Origin: Prasinococcaceae sp. CCMP 1430
Taxonomy: Eukaryota; Plantae; Prasinodermophyta
DNA length: 17,336 nt
Reading direction: 5' to 3'
NCBI GenBank assembly: GCA_013416795.1
Contig: RQSC01000626.1
Span: 33,875-51,210, forward strand
Shown: in pieces, positions 1 through 8,557 of the stretch
Numbering within the stretch: the stretch's first letter is position 1
Layout of the letters: each line of letters opens with the position of its first letter
Program-made: the position numbers and the translations under genes
Notes under the pieces: model-generated
Databases searched by the model: none
Told to the model about the DNA's origin: nothing
The model's input: only the letters and a program-made list of their open reading frames with translations

Positions 1-2
1 AC

Positions 3-1517
3 TCGGGCGCCGTCGCGTGGGACGCACCGTGGGCGTCGCGCGAGGAGGCGCTCGCCGCGCTCGACAGCGCGCACGCGGCGTTTGGCCACTGGGGCGCGCT
101 GCCCATCGACGAGCGCGTCGAGCGCGTGCGCGCGGGCATCGACGCCTTCGAGCGCCAGTCCGAGGAGATTGCCCGGCACGTCTGCGAACTCGTGGGCAAG
201 CCGCTGGCGGCGGCGCGGGGCGAGGTCGAGGTGGGCGTCGCTAAGATGCGCACCCTGTGCGACCTCGCGGCCGAGGCGCTCGCGACAGAGCGTCGCGTCG
301 ACACCGACGCGGGTCTCGAGTACGAGGTGCGACGCGTGCCCAAGGGCGTGATCGACGTGGTCTCGCCCTGGAACTATCCGGTATTTGTCGCGCTGGTCGC
401 CGTTCTGCCCGCGCTGCTGTCGGGCAACGCCGTCTCGCTGCGCCACGCAACCACGCCGCTTGTCGGCGAAGCATTCGCCAAAGCCTTTGGCGGTGTGCAC
501 GGCGGCCCAGGCCGCCTCCTGGTCCATCTACACACGGATATCCCAACCCACGACTGGCTTGCGGTGCACAGCGACATTATCGCGCATCGCGTCTTCACGG
601 GCTCGACGCGCGGCGGGCGCCACATGCAGCGCCTGCTCGGTGAGCGGGCGGCCAACCAGGCGCTGCGGAACCCCTTCATCCAGGCGAGCCTCGAGCTCGG
701 CGGCAACGACGCCGCGTACGTCCATTCGGACGCGCTGCTGCCCGAGGCAGTTGACTTCATCGCCGTCGCGGGGCGTCTACACAACACCGGCCAGTCGTGC
801 TGCGCCACGAAGCGCCTCCTCGTGCACGCGGACGTGCTACTGCCCACCGTCGAGCGGCTGGCCGCCACCTTCGCTGGCGCTAAGGCCGGCGATCCGGAGA
901 AAGCGGAAACGTCGCTCGGGCCGCTCTACGGCGGCGCGCCCGCCGCTGAGTCGCTGTTCGCCATCGTTCTGGACGCTGTTACGCACGGTGCGCGCGTGGT
1001 TGCCGGCGGCGAGGACATCACGGCGCTGCCAGAGGCAGAGCTTCGCGCGGCGCTCGTGCGCCCTTGCGGCGCGGGCACAACCTTCGCGCCTACGCTGCTG
1101 CTCAATGCGCCCCAGACGTGCCGGGCGATGCGCGAGGAGACCTTCGGCCCAGTGCTCCCCGTGCGCGCGGTCGCAAACTGGGAGGAGGCGGTCGAGGCGG
1201 TCGCGGACAGCGACTTCGGCCTGACAGCGGCTGTCTTCACTCAGTCTGATGCCGTTTTTGAGGGCTTCGCCGCCGCCTGTGAGGCGGGCACAGTGTACCG
1301 CAACTGGGCAAACGATGTGCACGCGCGCATCTGCTGGGAGGGGCTCAAACAGGCCGGGAACGGCTCAAGGGGTATGGGCCTCGACGGCTTCCGCGGGCTC
1401 ACACACACGCGCAGCGTGCTAGTCTCCACAAGACCGATCAAAGTCTCAGCCGAGCTCGCCGCGCCCGGACCAATCAGGGGGCTACCGGCCGGTTGCCTCG
1501 CCGCGGGGCTGACGTAG
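3..1517 (+). CDS. NAD(P)+-dependent aldehyde dehydrogenase (5'-partial; true start just upstream of the window)
   Basis: The frame is open from base 3 (SGAVAWDAPWASREEALAALDSAHAAFGHWGALPIDERVERV), upstream of the ORF-track GTG at 126. ALDH motifs present: SPWNYP, GNAV, FTGS, LELGG (catalytic Glu), GQSCC (catalytic Cys), EETFGPV, FGLTAAVFT. Stop TAG at 1515-1517. Confidence 0.95.
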   Translation, partial: SGAVAWDAPWASREEALAALDSAHAAFGHWGALPIDERVERVRAGIDAFERQSEEIARHVCELVGKPLAAARGEVEVGVAKMRTLCDLAAEALATERRVDTDAGLEYEVRRVPKGVIDVVSPWNYPVFVALVAVLPALLSGNAVSLRHATTPLVGEAFAKAFGGVHGGPGRLLVHLHTDIPTHDWLAVHSDIIAHRVFTGSTRGGRHMQRLLGERAANQALRNPFIQASLELGGNDAAYVHSDALLPEAVDFIAVAGRLHNTGQSCCATKRLLVHADVLLPTVERLAATFAGAKAGDPEKAETSLGPLYGGAPAAESLFAIVLDAVTHGARVVAGGEDITALPEAELRAALVRPCGAGTTFAPTLLLNAPQTCRAMREETFGPVLPVRAVANWEEAVEAVADSDFGLTAAVFTQSDAVFEGFAAACEAGTVYRNWANDVHARICWEGLKQAGNGSRGMGLDGFRGLTHTRSVLVSTRPIKVSAELAAPGPIRGLPAGCLAAGLT

Positions 1518-1594
1518 GCCGGCATAAGATATGTGCTTCTGACCTGTGCGCTCTCAGCGAGCGAGCGCGGCCGCTGTCGCCTCTACTTGTCCAC

Positions 1595-1915
1595 TCATGC
1601 CTTCTTCCTGTAGCGGCCTGTGTACGCGTCGAACTTGGCCTCTTCGGGCTTGAGCCGCTCGGCGAGCTTGCGCGCACCTTCCATATCGCCCGTGCGGAAG
1701 AGCATCGCCTGCTTCTGACGAAGCTCCTCCTGGCGCCGCATGTCCTCCATCACCTCGCCCCCACCGCGCTTTGCGAGCATGGCAGCCTTGATGGCCTCTA
1801 CCTGCGCCTTTGAGCGCTCTTCGCGCTCGCGTTTCTTCTGCAGGCGCAGAGCCTCCTCGTCGTTCATGGGGGCGGCCGCCTGGCCGCTCCCTCCTCCCTG
1901 GCTGCGATACCAGGC
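1595..1915 (-). pseudogene. Duplicated orphan copy of the terminal exon of the RS-rich gene
   Basis: Identical to 2294-2614 (AWYRSQGGG...RYRKKA*), with its CAG acceptor at 1916-1918. No upstream exon of its own. Confidence 0.6.
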
Positions 1916-1921
1916 CTGCCA

Positions 1922-1954
1922 TGTGCGTGTGCGTGTGCGTGTGCGTGTGCGTGT
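1922..1954 (+). repeat. (TGTGCG)5+ hexanucleotide microsatellite at the duplication junction
   Basis: Five full units plus TGT read directly. Confidence 0.95.
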
Positions 1955-2216
1955 TTTTGAGGGCTTCGCCGCCGCCTGTGAGGCGGGCACAGTGTACCGC
2001 AACTGGGCAAACGATGTGCACGCGCGCATCTGCTGGGAGGGGCTCAAACAGGCCGGGAACGGCTCAAGGGGTATGGGCCTCGACGGCTTCCGCGGGCTCA
2101 CACACACGCGCAGCGTGCTAGTCTCCACAAGACCGATCAAAGTCTCAGCCGAGCTCGCCGCGCCCGGACCAATCAGGGGGCTACCGGCCGGTTGCCTCGC
2201 CGCGGGGCTGACGTAG
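1953..2216 (+). pseudogene. Duplicated 3' fragment of the ALDH gene
   Basis: Encodes VFEGFAAACEAG...CLAAGLT*, identical to 1254-1517. Lacks the catalytic core. Confidence 0.6.
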
Positions 2217-2293
2217 GCCGGCATAAGATATGTGCTTCTGACCTGTGCGCTCTCAGCGAGCGAGCGCGGCCGCTGTCGCCTCTACTTGTCCAC

Positions 2294-3577
2294 TCATGCC
2301 TTCTTCCTGTAGCGGCCTGTGTACGCGTCGAACTTGGCCTCTTCGGGCTTGAGCCGCTCGGCGAGCTTGCGCGCACCTTCCATATCGCCCGTGCGGAAGA
2401 GCATCGCCTGCTTCTGACGAAGCTCCTCCTGGCGCCGCATGTCCTCCATCACCTCGCCCCCACCGCGCTTTGCGAGCATGGCAGCCTTGATGGCCTCTAC
2501 CTGCGCCTTTGAGCGCTCTTCGCGCTCGCGTTTCTTCTGCAGGCGCAGAGCCTCCTCGTCGTTCATGGGGGCGGCCGCCTGGCCGCTCCCTCCTCCCTGG
2601 CTGCGATACCAGGCCTGCCATGTGCGTGTGCGTGTGCGTGTGCGTGTGCGTGTGCGCCGCGCGCGGCAGCATGCACGCACGTGAGCACGGCGCCAAGGTG
2701 GAGCGGTGTGGTCAGCCTTGAGCGTGTGCTGGAGGCCGGACCAGCCGCAGAGCGCACGCACCGAGGGCGCACGCAAGCACAGGCGAGTACGTCGCACGCG
2801 TACCTCGAGGTTGTAGTACTTCTCACTCGGCAGCGTGGCAGTGTTGTAATCCTCTACGTACTCGCGGAAGAGTGCCTTCTCCTCCGCGCCCTTGACACGC
2901 TCGGTGTTGCACCCCTTCACCTCAGTCAGCCACGCGTTGAACTCCTCGCGCTTGCCATACGCGTCAGTCTCTCGGATGATGCCGCGGGAGCCGTATTGCC
3001 CGTCGGCGATCTTGCCAGCACCGGCGTCGCGCCCGCGATCCCTCTCTTTGCTGCGGTCCCTCTTGCTGTGCTTGTGGCTTCGCTCCCTTCGGCTGTCCTT
3101 GTGGCGGTGTCGCCGGTCAGACTTGTGCGACTTGCGTCGATGGCGCCGCTCGCGGCTGTCCTCGCTGTCGTAGCTGTCCTCGCTGTCGCTGCTGTAGCGC
3201 CTCGAGTCGTGGCGCGAGTGTCTGGAGTCGCGCTCTCGCTCCCTGCGCCTGCGCTTTTCCCTGCGCCGCCGGCGTTCGCGGCTGTCCTCGCTGCCCGAGT
3301 CGCTGCTGTAGCTGCGCTCGCGACGGCGGCGCTCCTTCCTGTCGTGCTTGCCGTGCTTGCGCGACGAGCCACGTTCGCGCTCGCGCTCGTGCCCGCGCCC
3401 GCGCTCCCGCGCACCGTCCTTCGCCTTCTCCGCGCGCTCCCGCTCGCGCTCTGCCATCTCCTCCTGCGCCCTCGCCTCTGCCTCCGCCTGCGCCTTCATG
3501 CGAGCCTGGTGCTGCTCGACCAGCGACGGCATCCTCTCGCGCGCCGCCGAGTCCATGCCGCCGCGGCTGAACTCCAT
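2294..3577 (-). CDS. RS/RE/RH-rich conserved eukaryotic protein of unknown function, about 364 aa; exons 3577-2804 and 2614-2294
   Basis: ATG at 3577 (MEFSRGG). A long Arg/Ser/Asp/His low-complexity tract is followed by the conserved block YGSRGIIRETDAYGKREEFNAWLTEVKG...LFREYVEDYNTATLPSEKYYNLE. Splicing gives KYYNLE|AWYR, which matches my recollection of plant homologues (KYYNLDAY). Charged helical C-terminus. Confidence 0.8.
   Translation of the reverse strand: MEFSRGGMDSAARERMPSLVEQHQARMKAQAEAEARAQEEMAERERERAEKAKDGARERGRGHERERERGSSRKHGKHDRKERRRRERSYSSDSGSEDSRERRRRREKRRRRERERDSRHSRHDSRRYSSDSEDSYDSEDSRERRHRRKSHKSDRRHRHKDSRRERSHKHSKRDRSKERDRGRDAGAGKIADGQYGSRGIIRETDAYGKREEFNAWLTEVKGCNTERVKGAEEKALFREYVEDYNTATLPSEKYYNLEVRVRRTRLCLRAPSVRALCGWSGLQHTLKADHTAPPWRRAHVRACCRARRTRTRTRTRTRTWQAWYRSQGGGSGQAAAPMNDEEALRLQKKREREERSKAQVEAIKAAMLAKRGGGEVMEDMRRQEELRQKQAMLFRTGDMEGARKLAERLKPEEAKFDAYTGRYRKKA
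2615..2803 (-). other. Spliceosomal intron, 189 nt, phase 0
   Basis: GAG|GTACGC donor at 2803, GGCTGAC branch-point-like motif at about 2711-2717, ATGGCAG| acceptor at 2615. The unspliced translation here is junk-like (RTRTRTRT). Confidence 0.85.
2621..2656 (+). repeat. (TGTGCG)6 microsatellite, read as (CGCACA)6 just before the intron acceptor
   Basis: Six units read directly. Confidence 0.95.
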
Positions 3578-4016
3578 CGCGCAGGGCGTAGGGGGCGCAC
3601 CCCCGCGCCGGCACCCCCCTTCCCGCGGCCTCCCGTCGGCGAGCGGCCGCGAGCCGACCTCCCGCCGGCCGCCGGCCCACCCGCGCCACACGCAGTGTGG
3701 CGCGGCGCCCGCCCCCTCCCGCACGCAGCGCACGCGCGCCCTCGCGCCGGCGCCCACTGACGACCTCGGTCTGCGCCCGCTTCACCGGTTCTGTTCCCCG
3801 TACGACCCTGGATGACATTCCAACCCTAGTCTCTACACCGGGGTCAGGTCGGGCGATCCCGGGTATGCAGATCTATGGCTCCGGGTGCGCGCGCTCGCCC
3901 ATATAGCGGCTGGGTGGGCGGTGGAGGGGACGGTTGCGAGAGGCCAGGCGAGCGAGAGAGGCGGCATCGGCGGCGGCGGTGCGCCGCCGCCGGGCTGGAC
4001 GGGCGGCGACGATGAC
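3578..4016. promoter_or_regulatory. Divergent (bidirectional) promoter region, RS-rich gene / E2-E3 hybrid
   Basis: About 440 bp between head-to-head ATGs, with an AT-richer core at about 3780-3880 containing AACCCTA (3822-3828). Confidence 0.5.
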
Positions 4017-7000
4017 ATGGAGGAGGCGCTGCGCAGCGCGCTCGAGTACGATCGCTATCGCAACCAGCGCGGCGACGAGGGCCTCGGCGGTGCCAATGGG
4101 GCGCCGGCCGCCGCCGACGCGACCAATGCGGGTATCGATTCTTTTCGCGTGCACTCGGGAGACCTCGTGTGCCCGACAGACGACCCCGTAATGCGCGGGT
4201 TGGTGAACAAGGTGTCGGGTGGAGACTCGGACGTCGAGGACGACGAGGACGATTACGGCTCGCACGGACCGCTCGAGGAGGGCCATGCGCGCGTCGAGTG
4301 GCACCTCGCCGGCAACGAGCGGATCGCCGAGGACTCGGACGAGGCCATGAGGGAGCTCGTGGTGCTCGACCGCGCCTTTGTGCACGGCGACGTGGTCGCG
4401 CGCGGCACGGACCCGCTGGGTGAAACCGGCGTCATCACGGGCGTGCACCTGAGCGTGGAACTCGAGTGGGCCGCGACAGGCGAGAGGCTGGGCCCGCTGC
4501 GCGCTTCGGCGCTTGCGCACGTGCGCGCCTTCACGCCAGGGGATTACGTGATTCACAGGGCACAGGCGTGGCTCGGGCGCATTGAGGACGCCGCCGACTG
4601 TATCACGCTGCAGTTTCCCGACGGGGCGGTGTGCCGCATCAAGGACGCCGATCCCGAGGCCGTGTTGCCCGCGGCGAGCACCGAGGTGGTCGACCCGGAG
4701 GAGTGCCCATTTTATCACGGGATGGCGGTGCGCGTCGTCTCGATGACCGTGCTGCGGCGCGCCGAGTGGGTGGCTGGGCAGCACTCGCACAAGCGCACGG
4801 AGGGCGTGATCATCGGCGTCGAGCCTGGCGCCGTGTCGGTGCGATGGATGTACCCAGCGAACAGCGGCGGCGGTGGTGGCGGCGGTGCGCCCAGCGCGGA
4901 CGGCGGCGACAGCGCTGCTGCTGCTGGCGGTGGAGCGCGAGACGGCGAGGGGGGCGGTGAGGGTGACAAGGGCGAGCAGGGCGGCGGTGGTGAGGGCGGA
5001 GCCTCTGGCGCGGGTCAGCCACCGCCGCCGGTCGTGCCGGGTTGCGAGCTGCTGCCCCTAAGCTATTTCTCCCACCTCGGCTGGCAGCTGGGAGACTTCG
5101 CGCTGCTGCGCCCGCACGTGTCTGGCCCGCGGCTTGCGGCGCGGGTAGAGCTCGCGCCTCCGCGGGGCGCGCGCGCGGTCTCGGCGGATGGTGGCGACGC
5201 ACACGAGGGCGACGCGCACAACGGCCGGAGCAGGCGCGGCAGGCAGCGCGCCATCGCTCTGGCGAAGGGACTTCCACAAGCGGGATACGTGACCAACACA
5301 CACACGACCGTCGATGTCCAGTGGCAGAGCGGTGAGAAGCAGCTGGGCATCACATCCCGAACCTTGGTGCCAAGGAGGCACCTCGGTGATCACGACTTCT
5401 GGCCGAACGAGTATGTGGTGGAGCGCGCGGAGGACGGCGAAGCGCCGGCGCAGGATGGGGCACCCCCGCCTCCGCCCGGCATGAACTCAATGCCGGGGGA
5501 TGCGGCCCCACCCGCGTCCACCGTGCGGACGGTAGGAACCCCATCCCCATCCTTTGTCCAATTCTGTCACGAGGCGATGATGAGGGCCAGGGAGATTGGG
5601 GAAGAGCCGTCGCCGTCTGACGAACGTGGTCAGGAGGTATGGGATTCTGTCATGTCCAGAGTTCTCCAAAAACATTGGGCTGGCCTGGGGCGCGCTGAAC
5701 GTGAGGCATTCGGCGAGGTGGCGCCTCCCGCGAGTGGCAACGGCCACGCTACGGATGGTGGTGGCGAGGGCGAGGCCGCGCAGCCCTCGAAATACGCCAG
5801 CCGCCGCGTTGGATACGTCGACAGCGTGGACTCTGTGCAGCGCACGGCGCTCGTGCGATGGCTCGAGCCCAGTGCTGTGGGAACGGCCAACGCCGTGACC
5901 ACCGCGCCGCCCGCCGAGGAGGTGAGCGTGTACGAGCTGGGCGCGAATAGTGAATACTCGTACCACGTTGGGGACATTGTGCTGCGCCTTGGCGGTGCGG
6001 ACGAGGCCATGTCTTCCGATGCCGATTCCCCTGTCCGCGGCGCCTCGTCGTCGCTATCGCTGGACCCCTGGATGATCTCGACTCTCAGTTGGCCCTCGGC
6101 GGAGGCCGACGCGTGCGCGGCGGCCGCCGCGCACACGCCGCTGGGAAGCGAGTTGGTATCGCGCATGCGCCAGCAGCTGCGACACGCTTCGTGGGTGGGG
6201 GAAATCATTGACATAAAGGACGGCAACCTGGAGGTTGCGTGGGCGAATGGATGTGTCAGTGTGATGGCGCCGGAGGCGGTCCACGTGATCACGCGCGATG
6301 GTGACGATTTCATGGACGACCACGCCGGGGAATCCGATGACGACTATGAGGACGCGGATGAGTACGAGAGCGCCTCAGAAGCTGCGTCGGACGAGGACCG
6401 TATGAGCCATGACGATTCAATGGACAGCAGCGATTTTTACGATAGTCTGCCCGCTTACGGGGACGGCCCGCACGGCCCGAAGCCAGGTGCGTTTGCTTTC
6501 GCCGAAATATTCAGAGACGCTGCGGCACAAGTCGTCCAAGAGCGCATGGAGGCGGATCGGCGCGAGCGAGAGGCTGCCGCGCAGCGCCCGCGACGAGACA
6601 CCGAACCGATCGATCCGACCGTCGACAAAATGCTTGTGGAAGATGGACGAACGCAAGAGGACGTTGGCGACGCGCCGACAATCGCGCCACACGACCAAGT
6701 TGCAAGCGGCGCTGGACCGTCCGACAGCGCTCGTGCGACGGCTGCGGACTACGCCCGCTTCGACATGGTCGCTGCCTTCGCGCGACACACGTACGCGGAG
6801 CGCAACCTGCACGCCGCGCCTGAGCGTGCGTTTTCGAAGCGCTGTGCCAAGGAGTGGGCAATGCTGCAGGAAGGCCTGCCGGAGGGCATCTACGTGCGCT
6901 GGAGCGAGTCAAGGCTTGACCTCGTTCGCGCTGCCATCGTAGGGCCCAAGAAGACCCCCTACCACGACGGGCTTTTCCTGTTCGACATCGTGCTGCCTAC

Positions 7001-7577
7001 AGACTACCCGAAGGCACCGCCGGAGGTGTGCTATTACTCGTTCGGAGTGCGTGTCAATCCGAACCTGTACGAGAACGGGAAGGTCTGCCTGAGCCTTCTC
7101 AACACGTGGACGGGCAAGGGCACCGAAACCTGGACGCCCAAGTCTAGCTCGCTCCTGCAGGTGCTCGTGTCGATCCAGGGACTCGTGCTTAACGAGGAGC
7201 CCTACTACAACGAAGCTGGCTACGAGAAGCAGGTCGGGTCGGCAGAGGGCGCCAAGAACTCGGCACTGTACAACGAGTCGGCTTTCCTGCTCTCGCTGAA
7301 GACGTACCTCGCGCTCATGAAGACGCCGCCTGAGCACTTCGAGAAACTTGTGCAGGAGCACTTTCGCGGCGTGGGCTCGAAGCTGGTAGCTGCGTGCGGA
7401 CGATATCTTAACGGGGCGGTGGTCGGGTCGCTGGCGCCTGTCGAGCGCGCCGGCGAGGATGGAACGGGCGGCGCGGCCGATGGCGACGTTGGAGATGCCA
7501 CGACGAGCAGCGGTGGTTTTCGGCTCATGCTTCAAAAGATCGCTCCCAAGCTCGAGGCGGCGCTAGCGAAGCTCTAG
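4017..7577 (+). CDS. UBE2O: UBE2O / plant UBC23-PHO2(UBC24)-family E2/E3 hybrid ubiquitin-conjugating enzyme, about 1186 aa
   Basis: First in-frame ATG at 4017. N-terminal blocks typical of plant UBC23/24: LDRAFVHGDVV, FTPGDYVIH..WLGRIED, WQLGDFAL, VDVQWQSG, EVSVYEL..YHVGDIVLRL, SWVGEI. C-terminal UBC domain: LVRAAIVGPKKTPYHDGLFLFD...NPNLYENGKVCLSLLNTW (catalytic Cys codon 7086-7088)...LQVLVSIQGLVLNEEPYYNEAG. Confidence 0.95.
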   Translation: MEEALRSALEYDRYRNQRGDEGLGGANGAPAAADATNAGIDSFRVHSGDLVCPTDDPVMRGLVNKVSGGDSDVEDDEDDYGSHGPLEEGHARVEWHLAGNERIAEDSDEAMRELVVLDRAFVHGDVVARGTDPLGETGVITGVHLSVELEWAATGERLGPLRASALAHVRAFTPGDYVIHRAQAWLGRIEDAADCITLQFPDGAVCRIKDADPEAVLPAASTEVVDPEECPFYHGMAVRVVSMTVLRRAEWVAGQHSHKRTEGVIIGVEPGAVSVRWMYPANSGGGGGGGAPSADGGDSAAAAGGGARDGEGGGEGDKGEQGGGGEGGASGAGQPPPPVVPGCELLPLSYFSHLGWQLGDFALLRPHVSGPRLAARVELAPPRGARAVSADGGDAHEGDAHNGRSRRGRQRAIALAKGLPQAGYVTNTHTTVDVQWQSGEKQLGITSRTLVPRRHLGDHDFWPNEYVVERAEDGEAPAQDGAPPPPPGMNSMPGDAAPPASTVRTVGTPSPSFVQFCHEAMMRAREIGEEPSPSDERGQEVWDSVMSRVLQKHWAGLGRAEREAFGEVAPPASGNGHATDGGGEGEAAQPSKYASRRVGYVDSVDSVQRTALVRWLEPSAVGTANAVTTAPPAEEVSVYELGANSEYSYHVGDIVLRLGGADEAMSSDADSPVRGASSSLSLDPWMISTLSWPSAEADACAAAAAHTPLGSELVSRMRQQLRHASWVGEIIDIKDGNLEVAWANGCVSVMAPEAVHVITRDGDDFMDDHAGESDDDYEDADEYESASEAASDEDRMSHDDSMDSSDFYDSLPAYGDGPHGPKPGAFAFAEIFRDAAAQVVQERMEADRREREAAAQRPRRDTEPIDPTVDKMLVEDGRTQEDVGDAPTIAPHDQVASGAGPSDSARATAADYARFDMVAAFARHTYAERNLHAAPERAFSKRCAKEWAMLQEGLPEGIYVRWSESRLDLVRAAIVGPKKTPYHDGLFLFDIVLPTDYPKAPPEVCYYSFGVRVNPNLYENGKVCLSLLNTWTGKGTETWTPKSSSLLQVLVSIQGLVLNEEPYYNEAGYEKQVGSAEGAKNSALYNESAFLLSLKTYLALMKTPPEHFEKLVQEHFRGVGSKLVAACGRYLNGAVVGSLAPVERAGEDGTGGAADGDVGDATTSSGGFRLMLQKIAPKLEAALAKL

Positions 7578-7692
7578 CGTGAAGGATCTCGCCACAGCAC
7601 AACTGTATACGATGCGAATTATTTGGTCCGTGTGAAGTACAAAGCATTAAATTTGGATGCGCCGGCGGGCTTGCGGCGCTGCAGTCGTGTCG

Positions 7693-8526
7693 CTACGTCA
7701 GCCGCGCCCATCCCGCGCGCGCTCGACCCTGCCCTCGCCCACCGGCGCCCCCGCGGGCTGCGCTCGAGAGCCTGCTAGTGGTCTGTGCGAGCGTCTCGAT
7801 GTAGCGTCCCTTGCCGCAGGCGGCGCACTCCGATCGCCACGATGGGTTGTGAAGCGTGCACGCGCTGCAGTTCCAGCCCGTTTGCGCGTCCGCCGCCGCG
7901 CGTTCCGCCTCCTGGCGTGCCTGCTCGTCGCGCGCGTGCGCGCGCGCAAGTCGCGCCGCGATACTGCCGGCCGGGGCGCGCGCTGGGGCCGCATTACCTC
8001 CGCCGTGCCTTCCCCCGCTGCTGCCAGCCACTGACCACCCATCCCCGCCTGTGCTGCCACCCCGTTGGGCGCCTTGCTGCTGCGCCTGCCGCTGCTGCGC
8101 GTCAAATGCCGAGTGCGCGTCGTTGAGCTCGTCCCGCTTCGCCTCGACAGGGCACACGGCGGCGATGTCCGGGACGATATGCGCGAGCCGCAGTGCCGCC
8201 AGCTGCTCGACGAGCGCCCGCGCGTCCATCTCGCCCTTCTGAAAGGAACGCAGGCCGCTCTTCACCGCGTCCATAGCCTCGGGATTGCTGCCCACCTCCT
8301 TCTTCAGGCGCGCTGCCAGCGCCGCGCCGCGCTCCTTCAGCGAACGCGCGTCCGCTGCGACCGTGGGCGCGGCCGCCCCTGCCCTCGGCCCCGCCCCCAC
8401 CGCCTGCGCGGGCGTCGGCGTCGGCCCGGAGGCGAACGGGTTCACCGCGGGGCCCCGCGAGGCGGCGGCCGCCGCCTGCAGCGCGGAACGCGAGGCGAAC
8501 GGGTTTTGCGCGCGCGCCTGCTGCTG

Positions 8527-8557
<31 letters not shown>

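Larger units (their letters stand above)
1254..2653. repeat. 699-bp direct tandem duplication (copy 1 1254-1952, copy 2 1953-2651, about 2 nt junction microhomology)
   Basis: GTTTTTGAGGGCTTCG starts at both 1254 and 1953. ORF-track peptides offset by 699 are identical (1493..1813 vs 2192..2512; 1474..1677 vs 2173..2376). I saw no mismatches by eye. Confidence 0.95.

Noticed and set aside
1595-2224. 209-aa minus-strand ORF spanning the duplication junction (and the 158-aa plus-strand ORF 1740..2216)
   Set aside because: Chimeras of antisense ALDH, microsatellite and the duplicated exon. They exist only because the 699-bp unit keeps the frame.
3578-4016. ORF-track starts at 3757 (-), 3885 (+), 10749 (+), 13970 (-) and 14733 (+)
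   Set aside because: Non-ATG or low-complexity extensions. 14733 lies inside the predicted intron and 13970 reads across an N gap.
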